A stretch of 45,372 bases of DNA from an uncultured Clostridiaceae bacterium (GCA_947245665.1 CAMXOP010000002.1:1-45372); one strand, 5' to 3'. Shown: positions 8,120-16,697, counted from the stretch's first letter. Made by a program: numbers and translations. The notes: generated by a model from the sequence alone, not told the origin.

Positions 8120-8414
8120 AAAAACTTTCTTTAATATCTTTTATGCACTTTTTACATATCATTTTTTCCTTAAATTCATATAATACCTTTTTTTTATTAC
8201 AAAAACTGCATACTGTATCAATATTTTCTATAATAATTTTATCTCCTTCTACATATATTTGCAATGGAGTTCCTTGAAATATTCTTTTTTCATCTCGTAC
8301 TTCTTTTGGTATAGTAATTCTTCCAAGATCATCTACTTTTCTAGTAATTCCTGTATTTCCCATGTATTGCTTGTAATTTTCATTTTTACTTTTCATTTTG
8401 TTTTTTACTTTCAT
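8118..8414 (-). CDS. AbrB/SpoVT-family transition-state regulator with a C-terminal CxxC...CxxC zinc-ribbon tail
   Basis: ITRKVDDLGRITIPKEVRDEKRIFQGTPLQIYVEGDKIIIE matches the AbrB swapped-hairpin N-domain. The tail is CSFCNKKKVLYEFKEKMICKKC. Confidence 0.75.
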   Translation of the reverse strand: MKVKNKMKSKNENYKQYMGNTGITRKVDDLGRITIPKEVRDEKRIFQGTPLQIYVEGDKIIIENIDTVCSFCNKKKVLYEFKEKMICKKCIKDIKESF

Positions 8415-8558
8415 TTTTTTCCTTTCCTTTTTATATTTTAAAATTTATATTTTTCTTTTGGTTTGTTAGCTACATTCTAAAAGATGTGTAATAACATATT
8501 TTTCTTTTGAGTATAAAATGATATTATATAGTGCATATTAGTGAAAAAGGTGTTTATT

Positions 8559-8915
8559 ATGCAATTAAATGATGATGATGTTAAATTAATATTAAGTAAA
8601 AATATAAAATCAGCTAGAATAGCATCAAATTATACTCAAGAAGTGCTTGCAGAAAAGGCTAATTTATCTGTAAACTTTATAAAAGATATAGAAGCAAGTA
8701 GGTCTGGAGTTAGTTTAGCAACTTTAATAAATCTTTGCAAAGTTCTGAAAACATCTCCTAATCAACTTTTAAAAGATTTCTTTAAAGATTCTGTTAATAA
8801 CTCTGAAGATATTGTGCAACAGCTTAACTTTTTGAGTACTTTTGAAAGAAATGCTATTTTAACGCTAATTAATTATTTTAGCACAAATGATTTTAATAAT
8901 ATAGTATCTAACTAA
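8559..8915 (+). CDS. XRE-family HTH transcriptional regulator
   Basis: KNIKSARIASNYTQEVLAEKANLSVNFIKDIEASRSGVSLATLINLCKVL. I prefer ATG 8559 (RBS AAGGTG) over the track's GTG at 8541. Confidence 0.7.
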   Translation: MQLNDDDVKLILSKNIKSARIASNYTQEVLAEKANLSVNFIKDIEASRSGVSLATLINLCKVLKTSPNQLLKDFFKDSVNNSEDIVQQLNFLSTFERNAILTLINYFSTNDFNNIVSN

Positions 8916-8950
8916 TCTATTTATATATAGGTTAGTTTTTTTATATTTTT

Positions 8951-8992
8951 TAGGTACTTTTCAGTTACTTTTTTCCACTTTTTTCCACTTTT
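8951..8992. repeat. Four 10-11-bp phased direct repeats (GGTACTTTTC / GTTACTTTTTT / CCACTTTTTT / CCACTTTTG)
   Basis: The AC cores sit at 8956, 8967, 8977 and 8987. It contains 2x TTTTCCACTTTT, the same core as the 4681-4770 array. It lies upstream of the XRE gene at 9124. Confidence 0.5.
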
Positions 8993-9123
8993 GTTATCTT
9001 ACCATATAAAAAATGTAAATACAAGATATAATAATAAAATTGTTTATTAAATTTCCTTTTTGATTATTTCATTTCCTTTTAAATTATATTTTATTTTGCT
9101 ATTTTATAAGAGGTGATTGAAAA

Positions 9124-9471
9124 ATGAAGAAGTCAAATATAGAAATAGGTAAAAATTTAAAAAGTGCTAGAATAGCTGCTGGATATACTCAAGAAGAAGT
9201 AGCTGAAAAAATAGATCGTTCTGATAGACATATTGGACAATTAGAAACAAATCGAACTTTAGGAAGTGTTGATTTATTACTTGAGCTTTGCAATATTTAT
9301 AATATTACTCTAAATGATATTTTTAGCGATTATCTAAAGTTTGATTTTGATAAAGATAATAAGAACATTCCTACTATTATCGGTTATCATCAATTAAACG
9401 AAGAATATCGTTCTATTGTTGATAATCTTATCCAACATTTAAATATTCTACAAAGAAATAAAAATAAATAA
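9124..9471 (+). CDS. XRE-family HTH transcriptional regulator (paralogue of 8559-8915)
   Basis: KNLKSARIAAGYTQEEVAEKIDRSDRHIGQLETNRTLGSVDLLLELCNIY. RBS AGAGGTGA. Confidence 0.75.
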   Translation: MKKSNIEIGKNLKSARIAAGYTQEEVAEKIDRSDRHIGQLETNRTLGSVDLLLELCNIYNITLNDIFSDYLKFDFDKDNKNIPTIIGYHQLNEEYRSIVDNLIQHLNILQRNKNK

Positions 9472-9477
9472 AAAAAA

Positions 9478-9515
9478 TAAAGCATTGGAACTTAATCCTT
9501 AATGCTTTATTTTTA
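9478..9515. terminator. Bidirectional terminator
   Basis: TAAAGCATT (9478-9486) / AATGCTTTA (9501-9509), a 9-bp stem with a T-run at 9510-9514. It lies between convergent genes. Confidence 0.6.
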
Positions 9516-9516
9516 T

Positions 9517-10279
9517 TTATTTATAAAATACTAAAAGTTTCGTATTTACACCTGTTCCACTTTCTTTAAAACTATTTTGTAGCAAAGAATATATACTACC
9601 TTCTACTTCTTTAAACCATTTAGCAAATTCTATATTCTTTTTAGTTTGTTTATCTAAAATCATACTACTAGCTACTGTTATTAATATTCCATCTTCTTTT
9701 AAAAATTGATATGCATGCTTAATATGTTCTTCTTGCTCTGAAAATGGTGGATTCATTAAAATAATATCCATTTGTTTATCTGTATTAAAATCTAAAAAGT
9801 CTATATTTAATGGATCATATCCTTTTTTTCTTAAAAATTCACAATGCAATGGATTTTTTTCTATACAAGTTATATTAGCATTAGGAAATTCCTCTTTTAC
9901 AATATCAAGTATATGCCCCTGTCCGACACGAAGGTTCTAGAAATTCTATATTATCATATTTATAATTTTGTACTAAACCTAACATCTCATATATTATTTC
10001 CTTAGGAGTATGGTAAAAGTCTGTTGATTTCTTCCAATCAATTACTTCTTTTGTTTCTATTGCATTTTTTAACATATTGCTTATATCATATTCAAATTTA
10101 TGTGCCTTTAATTTTCTATCCCACTTTGCTCCCATTGCTACAAGAGCTTTATTTACTCTCTCATATAGTGTCCTTTCCAGCTGATACTCTGGTAAGAAAA
10201 ATAATTTTCCTTCAATATGTCCTTTTTCTAATATTTTAATTACATCATCTTCTAATTCTATTTTCTTATTATTTGACAT
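9517..10279 (-). CDS. Orphan SAM-dependent (N6-adenine-type, NPPF) DNA methyltransferase; frame broken by an extra base at 9925
   Basis: Track ORFs 9905-10279 and 9517-9849 fuse when the C of the CGG at 9925 is removed. This gives ...FYHTPKEIIYEML...EFLEPSCGQGHILDIV (motif I)...IILMNPPFSEQ (motif IV). The length minus 1 is 762 nt (254 codons). Confidence 0.7.
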
Positions 10280-10352
10280 CTTTTCCTCCTAGTTTAAAAA
10301 GCATCTTAGTTTTTTTACTAAAATGCTTTTTATTTCTTTTTATAATATATTT

Positions 10353-10835
10353 TTATATAAATTTAAGTAATTCTTTTATTGCACCATCAAAGTCACCTAT
10401 TAGACTTCCAAAATTCTCTGTTGCTGTTATTGTTTTTGATTTTACTTCTGCATTATATAATATCTTTAAATTTGTTTGATGATTTCTAATATTTTGATAG
10501 ACTTTGATATCATTTATACAAGCAAAGATGATCGATTTATTATTGTCAAATGATGTTAAAAAATAAAATAAATATTTATATTCTTCCCATATAGTCTGAA
10601 CAAAATTTCTTATTTCTGGAATCATATAAATTTCTCTTTTATCATTTTCATATCCTGCAAATGTAAGATATAATTTCCCTCTTGCATCTTTCCTTGCTTT
10701 CTTTAATATTTCTAAATTTTTTCTTATTCTTGTAAAATCTTTATTAATAACTTCTCTTTTGCTTACCGAATATACAAGCATATCTACTGTTTTTACCTGT
10801 TGTATATTTTCAATTGAATCATATATATTATACAC
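10353..10835 (-). CDS. Hypothetical protein (160 aa)
   Basis: Clean ORF in the co-oriented array. No family recognised. Confidence 0.45.
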   Translation of the reverse strand: MYNIYDSIENIQQVKTVDMLVYSVSKREVINKDFTRIRKNLEILKKARKDARGKLYLTFAGYENDKREIYMIPEIRNFVQTIWEEYKYLFYFLTSFDNNKSIIFACINDIKVYQNIRNHQTNLKILYNAEVKSKTITATENFGSLIGDFDGAIKELLKFI

Positions 10836-10837
10836 TT

Positions 10838-11164
10838 TTATTCCTCCAATATTTTTAATATCTCTTTCAATTTATTTTTAAATATCTCTTTTGTAATAAC
10901 TTTTACTTCTTTATGTCCTTTTAAGAAAATTTTTATATCATTCTCTGTATAGAGGTTTTTATTTGACCAATTCTCTAATTTTATGTTTGAATATTCTTCT
11001 ATTTTAATAATTATTAAATATTCGTTTGTTGTATAAATTCCTAAATATTCTGTTATATTTTTATTTTCACTATTTCCTTGTAAAAAACAATTATATATAT
11101 CCTCTATTTCAATTTCAAATTCTTCTGTTACATATTTTGATTTTTTATAATTTATAATCATCAT
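10838..11164 (-). CDS. Small Glu-rich hypothetical protein (108 aa)
   Basis: ORF with RBS AAAGGAAAA. It abuts the next gene with a 2-nt gap. Confidence 0.45.
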   Translation of the reverse strand: MMIINYKKSKYVTEEFEIEIEDIYNCFLQGNSENKNITEYLGIYTTNEYLIIIKIEEYSNIKLENWSNKNLYTENDIKIFLKGHKEVKVITKEIFKNKLKEILKILEE

Positions 11165-11236
11165 TTTTCCTTTCTTGTAAAAGTCTATGCTGGACTACTT
11201 ACTTTAGCTTTTTTATATTCTAATCAATGTCCTTTT

Positions 11237-11545
11237 TCAATTTTCTTTATAAACATAATGCTCATTACTAAGCTTATAAACATTATTTTTACTTTCTAAT
11301 AATTTCTGAATAATAGTTTTATTAGCATCTTGAATCGTTATTTCTAAATTTATTATTCTTTCAATTAGATTAATAGTGTCTTTTATTTTCTTCAAGTCAT
11401 ACATATAAATATATTCAAACATTTCTCTTTTTTCCATTAATAGAATATTGTTTTCTTCAAGGTAGTATGTAGGTATTTCTTGCATATTTAGTACTTGTTT
11501 TAGTACATTCTTTTCATTTTCATTTAAATCATTATAATCTAGCAT
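11237..11545 (-). CDS. Small acidic hypothetical protein (102 aa)
   Basis: ORF in the co-oriented array. No family recognised. Confidence 0.45.
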   Translation of the reverse strand: MLDYNDLNENEKNVLKQVLNMQEIPTYYLEENNILLMEKREMFEYIYMYDLKKIKDTINLIERIINLEITIQDANKTIIQKLLESKNNVYKLSNEHYVYKEN

Positions 11546-11559
11546 TTTTACTCCTCCTA

Positions 11560-11958
11560 CTAAGCTACTTTTTTATTATATATATAATAATCTTCTAAAT
11601 CTTTTTTATCTCTAATTGCTTTATATTTTGCATATCCATCTTTTAATATCTTATTGGATCTTTCTGTTTCAATATCTACAATTAAACTATTTAGCATATT
11701 AAAATTGTAAAATTTTTTTAATATGTTGTTATTATATTCATAACTCTTTCCTTGATAATTTTTTATTACATTATATTTACTTCTAGTTCTATAATTTTTA
11801 TGATCACTTATTCTAATTGTAGAACAAGCTCCATTATCAATTTTTAGATATATACTTTTACTATTCTTAGAAATTTTCATTTTTACTTTAAAACCTTTTT
11901 TATATAATTTATTTGCTATTTTATTAGCTATTTTCTTTTCTTTATAAATTTTAAACAT
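11560..11958 (-). CDS. Basic hypothetical protein (132 aa)
   Basis: Lys/Arg-rich (KKIANKIANKLYKKGFKVKMK...). No family recognised. Confidence 0.45.
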   Translation of the reverse strand: MFKIYKEKKIANKIANKLYKKGFKVKMKISKNSKSIYLKIDNGACSTIRISDHKNYRTRSKYNVIKNYQGKSYEYNNNILKKFYNFNMLNSLIVDIETERSNKILKDGYAKYKAIRDKKDLEDYYIYNKKVA

Positions 11959-12017
11959 TTATTTTCCTTCTTTCTTTTTACATTTTTTATGGAGCAGCCT
12001 ATTGGCCACTCCATATT

Positions 12018-12158
12018 TTAAGCTACTTTTTTAAGTTTTACTTTTCTTTCTTGTTTTTTATTAAAAATATCTAACTTTTTAACATATTCAAGACTTTTTC
12101 TTAATGCTTTTAAATCTTCATCTGACATATAATAACTTTTATTTTTATTTTTATTCAT
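12018..12158 (-). CDS. Possible small ORF (46 aa, Lys-rich)
   Basis: My translation: MNKNKNKSYYMSDEDLKALRKSLEYVKKLDIFNKKQERKVKLKKVA. An RBS-like GAGGTGAAAAAAG sits upstream. It fills the gap left after extending the upstream gene. Confidence 0.3.
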   Translation of the reverse strand: MNKNKNKSYYMSDEDLKALRKSLEYVKKLDIFNKKQERKVKLKKVA

Positions 12159-12174
12159 CTTTTTTCACCTCTTA

Positions 12175-13267
12175 TTATGCAGTATTTAATACAAACTCAT
12201 CATTTTCTTTGTCAAATATTTCTTCTAAACTACTTGGAATCTCACAGTCTTTTATTGATATGTTTAACCTCACTCTATCTTCTCCATATTTTTTTATTAG
12301 ACTAGATAATAGGTTTTCCGAAGTATGAAGTATTGTGTGTGAATCCATTACTACATATACATTATTAATATTTCTTATACTATCTAATTTTCTAGCTTCA
12401 ATCTTTGAGATTACATTAGGAACTCCGAATTACTATGTTTTCTTTATATGTATTAGCAATTTTATAAGCAAGTACCATCTCTGAAGCAACTATAATATCT
12501 CTTTTTTCTTTTAAATTATTCATAAGCTGTATTTTATTATCTTCTGGAAATAAAATCATAATATTGTTATCTGCTTTTGTTCCCTCGTTTTCTTGACTAC
12601 TGCTAAACCAAATATCACTAGTATCTATACTATACATTGTATCTAAATGAATTCTTAAAGCTACAATTTTACAATTATCTAGTACAGGAATAAATATTCC
12701 TTTGTGTGATTTAAAATTCCATCTAAACTTTTTATCTTTAAAAAAACCTGGTGTTCCATTAAAATCAATTCCTTCTGTTTGTAGTTTTCTACATATTTCT
12801 ATTTTTTGATTTTCTTGTGTTGGTATTGTTTTAAATCCTATTTTTTCGATTTGTTCCATTGAAAAACCACATTTTAAGAGTTTCATTGTATGCTCTGAGC
12901 TAAGAGATAATTTTTCTAAAAAAGCTTGATAAGCAATATCTAACTCTTCCTTATTTTTTCTTACATTTGTAATAATTGAAGTCATCAAGTTGTTGCTTAT
13001 ATCAGCTTCATTATTAATTAATCTTTGATATGCTTCTCTGTTTGAGATATACTTATTTTTTGCATATAATCCTATTGAATATCCTCTAGCTTCACATTTT
13101 TTGCAAATATAGCTATTATTACTTATATTTAATCTCATAGTTCCTTTCTCTGAACAAAATGGACATTTTACATATATTATATCTTTTTTAGAATAAATCT
13201 CTTTTAGCCCTAGTTTGTTTTTTACATTTATAATGCTAGTTCTATTCAAAATTTCCTGTTGATTCAA
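12175..13267 (-). CDS. Primase-like protein (CHC2-type zinc finger + Toprim-like C-terminal region); frame broken by an extra base at 12427
   Basis: Zinc-finger motif CPFCSEKGTMRLNISNNSYICKKCEARG. Removing the C of the CGG at 12427 extends ...KENIVIGVPNVISKIEARKLDSIRNINNVYVVMDSHT... to stop 12177-12175. The length minus 1 is 1092 nt. Confidence 0.5.
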
Positions 13268-13268
13268 T

Positions 13269-13538
13269 TTATTTTTCCACCTTTACTATTAGTTTCATAC
13301 CAGTTCTTTCTTCACCATCAAGTTCTACTTTCGTAAAGGATGGAACACATACTATATCAATTCCTGTTGGTGTTAAAAATCCTCTTGCAATTACAATTGC
13401 CTTTATTGCTTGGTTTATTGACCCTGCACCGATAGCTCTTAGTTCTGACTTTCCTCTTTCATTTATTTGACCAGCTATTGCTCCTGCAATAGCATTTGGA
13501 TTTGATTTTGCTGATATTTTTAAAATTTCTTCGTTCAT
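13269..13538 (-). CDS. spoVS: SpoVS (stage V sporulation protein S) homologue
   Basis: ILKISAKSNPNAIAGAIAGQINERGKSELRAIGAGSINQAIKAIVIARGFLTPTGIDIVCVPSF..ELDGEERTGMKLIV is near-collinear with B. subtilis SpoVS. Confidence 0.85.
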   Translation of the reverse strand: MNEEILKISAKSNPNAIAGAIAGQINERGKSELRAIGAGSINQAIKAIVIARGFLTPTGIDIVCVPSFTKVELDGEERTGMKLIVKVEK

Positions 13539-13565
13539 TTTTATTTCCTTCTTTCTTTTCTATTT

Positions 13566-14236
13566 TTATATATGGCAATCCACAATAGTTAATTTCCATT
13601 CTGGATTTGCTGTTTTTATAAATTTTTCTTCATAATTTTTCTCAAATTCTGCTTCTTGTTCAGGTGTTGCATCAGATATAGCCCACCATCCCATTTTTCC
13701 TGGTTCATGCCATTCTCCATCTGGTGTAAGGACAGCATAAGTAGAAAATTGAGTAAAACTTTTTTTATATTCTTCTTCTGTCGGATATTTTCTTTTTAAA
13801 TATTCTTCTGAATAATATGATTCTTTTAAATACTCATCATAAGGTTTTAATTGTTTTTCCATTTCATTTTTTATTAAATCCCATCTTATATCTTTTACTA
13901 ACGCTGAATCAACATACTTATAATAAGCATTTTTTTCATCTTTTGATATTACAATTTCTTTCTTTTCTTCTCCGATTTTCATTAAATGTATGTATCCTTA
14001 TATTATCTGCCTGACTAATGTCTATATCTTCCTGATATTTATATTTTGGTACTATTAGCATATCAGACCATCTGCCGACCTACACCATACCAATCCCACT
14101 TGGACTTTGGATTATATGTAGAATATATGCCTCCATCTATATATTTTTCAACTTCTATTCCTTCATAAAATGGCTCTAGTAAATCTTCAACTGTTGTATT
14201 TTCATCTGTAAAAACAGCTACTGAAAAATGACTCAT
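13566..14236 (-). CDS. Conserved phage/plasmid hypothetical protein (WDWYxxGGRW motif); two extra bases at 14077 and 13974
   Basis: Starts at ATG 14236 after RBS AAGGAGGAG. Removing the two C-before-GG insertions gives one 223-codon ORF: MSHFSVAVFTDEN...NPKSKWDWYGVGGRWSDMLIV...FNENGEEKKEIV..., which joins track ORF 13566-13982. Confidence 0.55.
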
Positions 14237-14250
14237 ATTTTCTCCTCCTT

Positions 14251-14277
14251 AAAAATAGAGCAAGCTCAAACTTGCCC
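14251..14277 (-). terminator. Weak terminator/attenuator hairpin after the ArdC-like gene
   Basis: On the minus strand, GGGCAAG-TTTGAG-CTTGCTC followed by TATTTTT. Confidence 0.4.
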
Positions 14278-14304
14278 CATTACTTTTTATATTTTAAAAT
14301 CTCA

Positions 14305-15183
14305 TTATGCACTTATTTTCTCTTGTTTATATTTGCTATTTTTTATTAATTCTATAAATTCATCTGCTGTTTCTTTAATTTTGTTAGATAAGCTCATAAA
14401 TTCCTTTATATTATTTTCTGCCCAACTAGTTATATATCCAAAACTACAAAGTGATGTATCAAATCCAAAGTGGTCAGCAACTAAAAATGCTACACTTTCA
14501 ACAAATATTTCACTTTTATTTCTTTCTGTCTTATATGCAAAATCATCATATAAGCAATGACAAAGTTCATGTATTAACACTGATGTTTTATCATCTTGTG
14601 ATAAACTTTCTTTTAATATAATTTTTTTATTTACTTTATCATAATATCCCTTTCCCATACCATTAATTTCTTCTGTTATTATTGGTACTGGAGATATTTC
14701 TAACAAAATATCATACAATTCTTTTGTAGTATCGTCTTCTAGTACATCATCTAATATTGGAATTCTTTTATCAGCTTTCTTTATATAGGTATCTCCTATG
14801 TCATATACAGCAACTCTTTTATATGAAATTCCTTCAATGATTTCTATTGTCCCACTATTATTTCGTTCTTTTTCTTCTTTCCCATTTACATTTTGTTGCC
14901 CTTCTATTGCCTTTTGTTTTTTATATTTTACTGGTCTGTAAATGAAAATAGTTTTAGGATTCTTTTTTACACCTCTTCCTAGTTTGTTCCAATCACAAAA
15001 GCCTTTTACAATTGTTGCATTTGGATTTTGTACATATACTAGTATTGTATTCCTAAAACTGTAATTGTTTTTTATTTTATTTACCATACTTAAAAATTTG
15101 GGATAATCTCCTCGCTTTATAATTTTTTTTACACCTTCTAATAATTTAGTATAATTTACTTTATTCTTAGGCATATTTTTCAC
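14305..15183 (-). CDS. ArdC-like antirestriction protein (ssDNA-binding DUF1738-like N-domain + HExxH zincin domain)
   Basis: N-domain YSFRNTILVYVQNPNATIVKGFCDWNKLGRGVKKNPKTIFIYRP. C-domain VLIHELCHCLYDDF (HExxH). Confidence 0.7.
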   Translation of the reverse strand: MKNMPKNKVNYTKLLEGVKKIIKRGDYPKFLSMVNKIKNNYSFRNTILVYVQNPNATIVKGFCDWNKLGRGVKKNPKTIFIYRPVKYKKQKAIEGQQNVNGKEEKERNNSGTIEIIEGISYKRVAVYDIGDTYIKKADKRIPILDDVLEDDTTKELYDILLEISPVPIITEEINGMGKGYYDKVNKKIILKESLSQDDKTSVLIHELCHCLYDDFAYKTERNKSEIFVESVAFLVADHFGFDTSLCSFGYITSWAENNIKEFMSLSNKIKETADEFIELIKNSKYKQEKISA

Positions 15184-15884
15184 CTCTTTTTATTATTCTT
15201 TAAATCTAATCTCATTTTTTCTCTATTATCTTTCAATTTTTCATTCCAATTTTTTAAATAATGTCTTATTGTATATAATTCTATACATACTTTATCTCGA
15301 TTTTTATTTAGTAATACTATTCTACCTGGAATATCATAAAGTGTTAGTTGTATATATGTTATATACGCACATATAATATCAGTTTCTTCTGCATATGCAT
15401 ACATTTTTTCCTTATAGTCTATTCCTTTTTCTTTTAAATATTTTGCTACACCTAATAACATTACTCCATTAGAACATTCTGCATCATAAATAGTTGTAAA
15501 TTCTCTATTTCTTATTTCTTCTAAATTTAGACTAGAAGCCATAACTCTTGCAATACTCATTGGTGTAAAATATCTATTGTCTAGTAATCTATAATTTCCT
15601 CCTACAGCTTCAAATATTTCTCCTAAAATATCTGATATTTCATTTTCTTCATACAATGAAACTATTTTATGCATTATTATTTTAAGTGTATTTAATTCTG
15701 ATTTTTCATATTTTTCCATAATCTTCTTATATTTATTTGTTGCGGTACGATCAAATGTATCGTTCATTAACAGTGTAAGTATAAATATAATATCTTTTAA
15801 TATATCTATATTTCGATATTTACCATTAGTAAATTCTAATAGTCCAATAATTTCTTTATATTCCATTTTGATATCTTCTTTCAT
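15180..15884 (-). CDS. Truncated HsdM/N6-methylase-like protein lacking catalytic motif IV
   Basis: RYFTPMSIARVM (motif X-like), IYDAECSNGVMLLG (degenerate motif I), YITYIQLTLYDIPG. The ORF ends without an NPPF/NPPY motif. It overlaps the ArdC-like gene by 4 nt. Confidence 0.55.
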   Translation of the reverse strand: MKEDIKMEYKEIIGLLEFTNGKYRNIDILKDIIFILTLLMNDTFDRTATNKYKKIMEKYEKSELNTLKIIMHKIVSLYEENEISDILGEIFEAVGGNYRLLDNRYFTPMSIARVMASSLNLEEIRNREFTTIYDAECSNGVMLLGVAKYLKEKGIDYKEKMYAYAEETDIICAYITYIQLTLYDIPGRIVLLNKNRDKVCIELYTIRHYLKNWNEKLKDNREKMRLDLKNNKKR

Positions 15885-15899
15885 GTATTTTCTCCTATA

Positions 15900-16592
15900 T
15901 TATTTTTTATAATTTATTTTTGTATTTTTTTGCATTTTTTCTTCCCATTTTCCTAAAAAAAACTCTGGTGTATAAAATATTCTTCTTGTTTGTAAACTTA
16001 GTGTATCTCCTCAAATAACTAGACCTGGCATACCGATATAATGATATTTGTATATATGTCATACAAAAACATATAAAATCAATATCTTGTCCCCAATAAA
16101 AAGCTTTTTTGTATATTCTATATTTTTATCCATTAAAACATTTCCAAAAGATAGTAATAGTATTCCACTACCGCAAGCACAATCATATATAACATCAAAT
16201 TCTTGTTTTTTCTTAGATAAATTATTTTGTGTTAATAATGCAGTAAGTATTCCTACTTCTTTTGGTGAAAAAAATTGCTTATTTCCTTTTTTTATTGCTC
16301 CTATTTGGTAATATATTTCTCCTAATACATCTTTTATTTTTGGCTCTTGCATATATAAATTTTGTAATTCGTCCTTTAATTTAGGAAAAATATCCAACTC
16401 ACATCTTTCATATTTTTTTATTGTCTTAAAATACATTTGTTCATCTATTTCTTCGTAATAGAATTTGTTTTTTATCGCAATTGCATATATGGTTACAAAG
16501 TCTTTAAATACATCTATTATGTCATATTTGCCATTACTAAAGTTTAATAGACTTACAAAATTTTTGTATTTTTTATTAATTCCTTGTTTCAT
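15900..16592 (-). pseudogene. Second truncated HsdM-like paralogue, multiply disrupted
   Basis: QFFSPKEVGILTALL and VIYDCACGSGILLLSFG (good motif I). The frame is lost in the C4/A5 run at 16091-16102. The other frame reads GQDIDFICFCMTYIQISLY, then there is an extra C at 16035 (restoring GMPGLVI), then an in-frame TGA (16013-16011), then GDTLSLQTRRIFYTPEFFLGKWEEK. The total of 693 nt is consistent with +1/-1 compensation. Confidence 0.5.
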
Positions 16593-16608
16593 TATTTTTC
16601 TCCAATCT

Positions 16609-16649
16609 AAAAAAATAAGAAGAAGATAAAATAAATATCTTCCTTCTTT
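16609..16649 (-). terminator. Rho-independent terminator after the 16698-17576 methyltransferase gene
   Basis: 13-bp stem with one mismatch, TAAGAAGAAGATA (16616-16628) / TATCTTCCTTCTTA (16636-16649). On the minus strand it is followed by T7 (plus-strand A-run 16609-16615). Confidence 0.6.
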
Positions 16650-16697
16650 ACTTTTTTATATCTTGTATCTTACTAATCTTATTGTTGCTTTTATTGT

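Noticed and set aside
9550-9566. Additional TTCCACTTT-type matches inside coding sequence (about 9555, about 26540, about 38675) as regulator-binding sites.
   Set aside because: They arise from purine-rich coding strings (for example EKVEY and KKSGK) on the opposite strand. They are isolated rather than phased arrays.
11990-12014. GC-rich imperfect hairpin (TGGAGCAGCC...GGCCACTCCA) as a terminator for the minus-strand array.
   Set aside because: On the minus strand it is followed by an A-run, not a T-run, and the stem has internal mismatches. It may have some structural role, but I cannot support a terminator call.
16011-16013. In-frame TGA in the second HsdM-like paralogue as selenocysteine or stop-codon reassignment.
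   Set aside because: TGA is used as an ordinary stop by many genes in the window. No SECIS-like context is evident. The gene carries two additional lesions.
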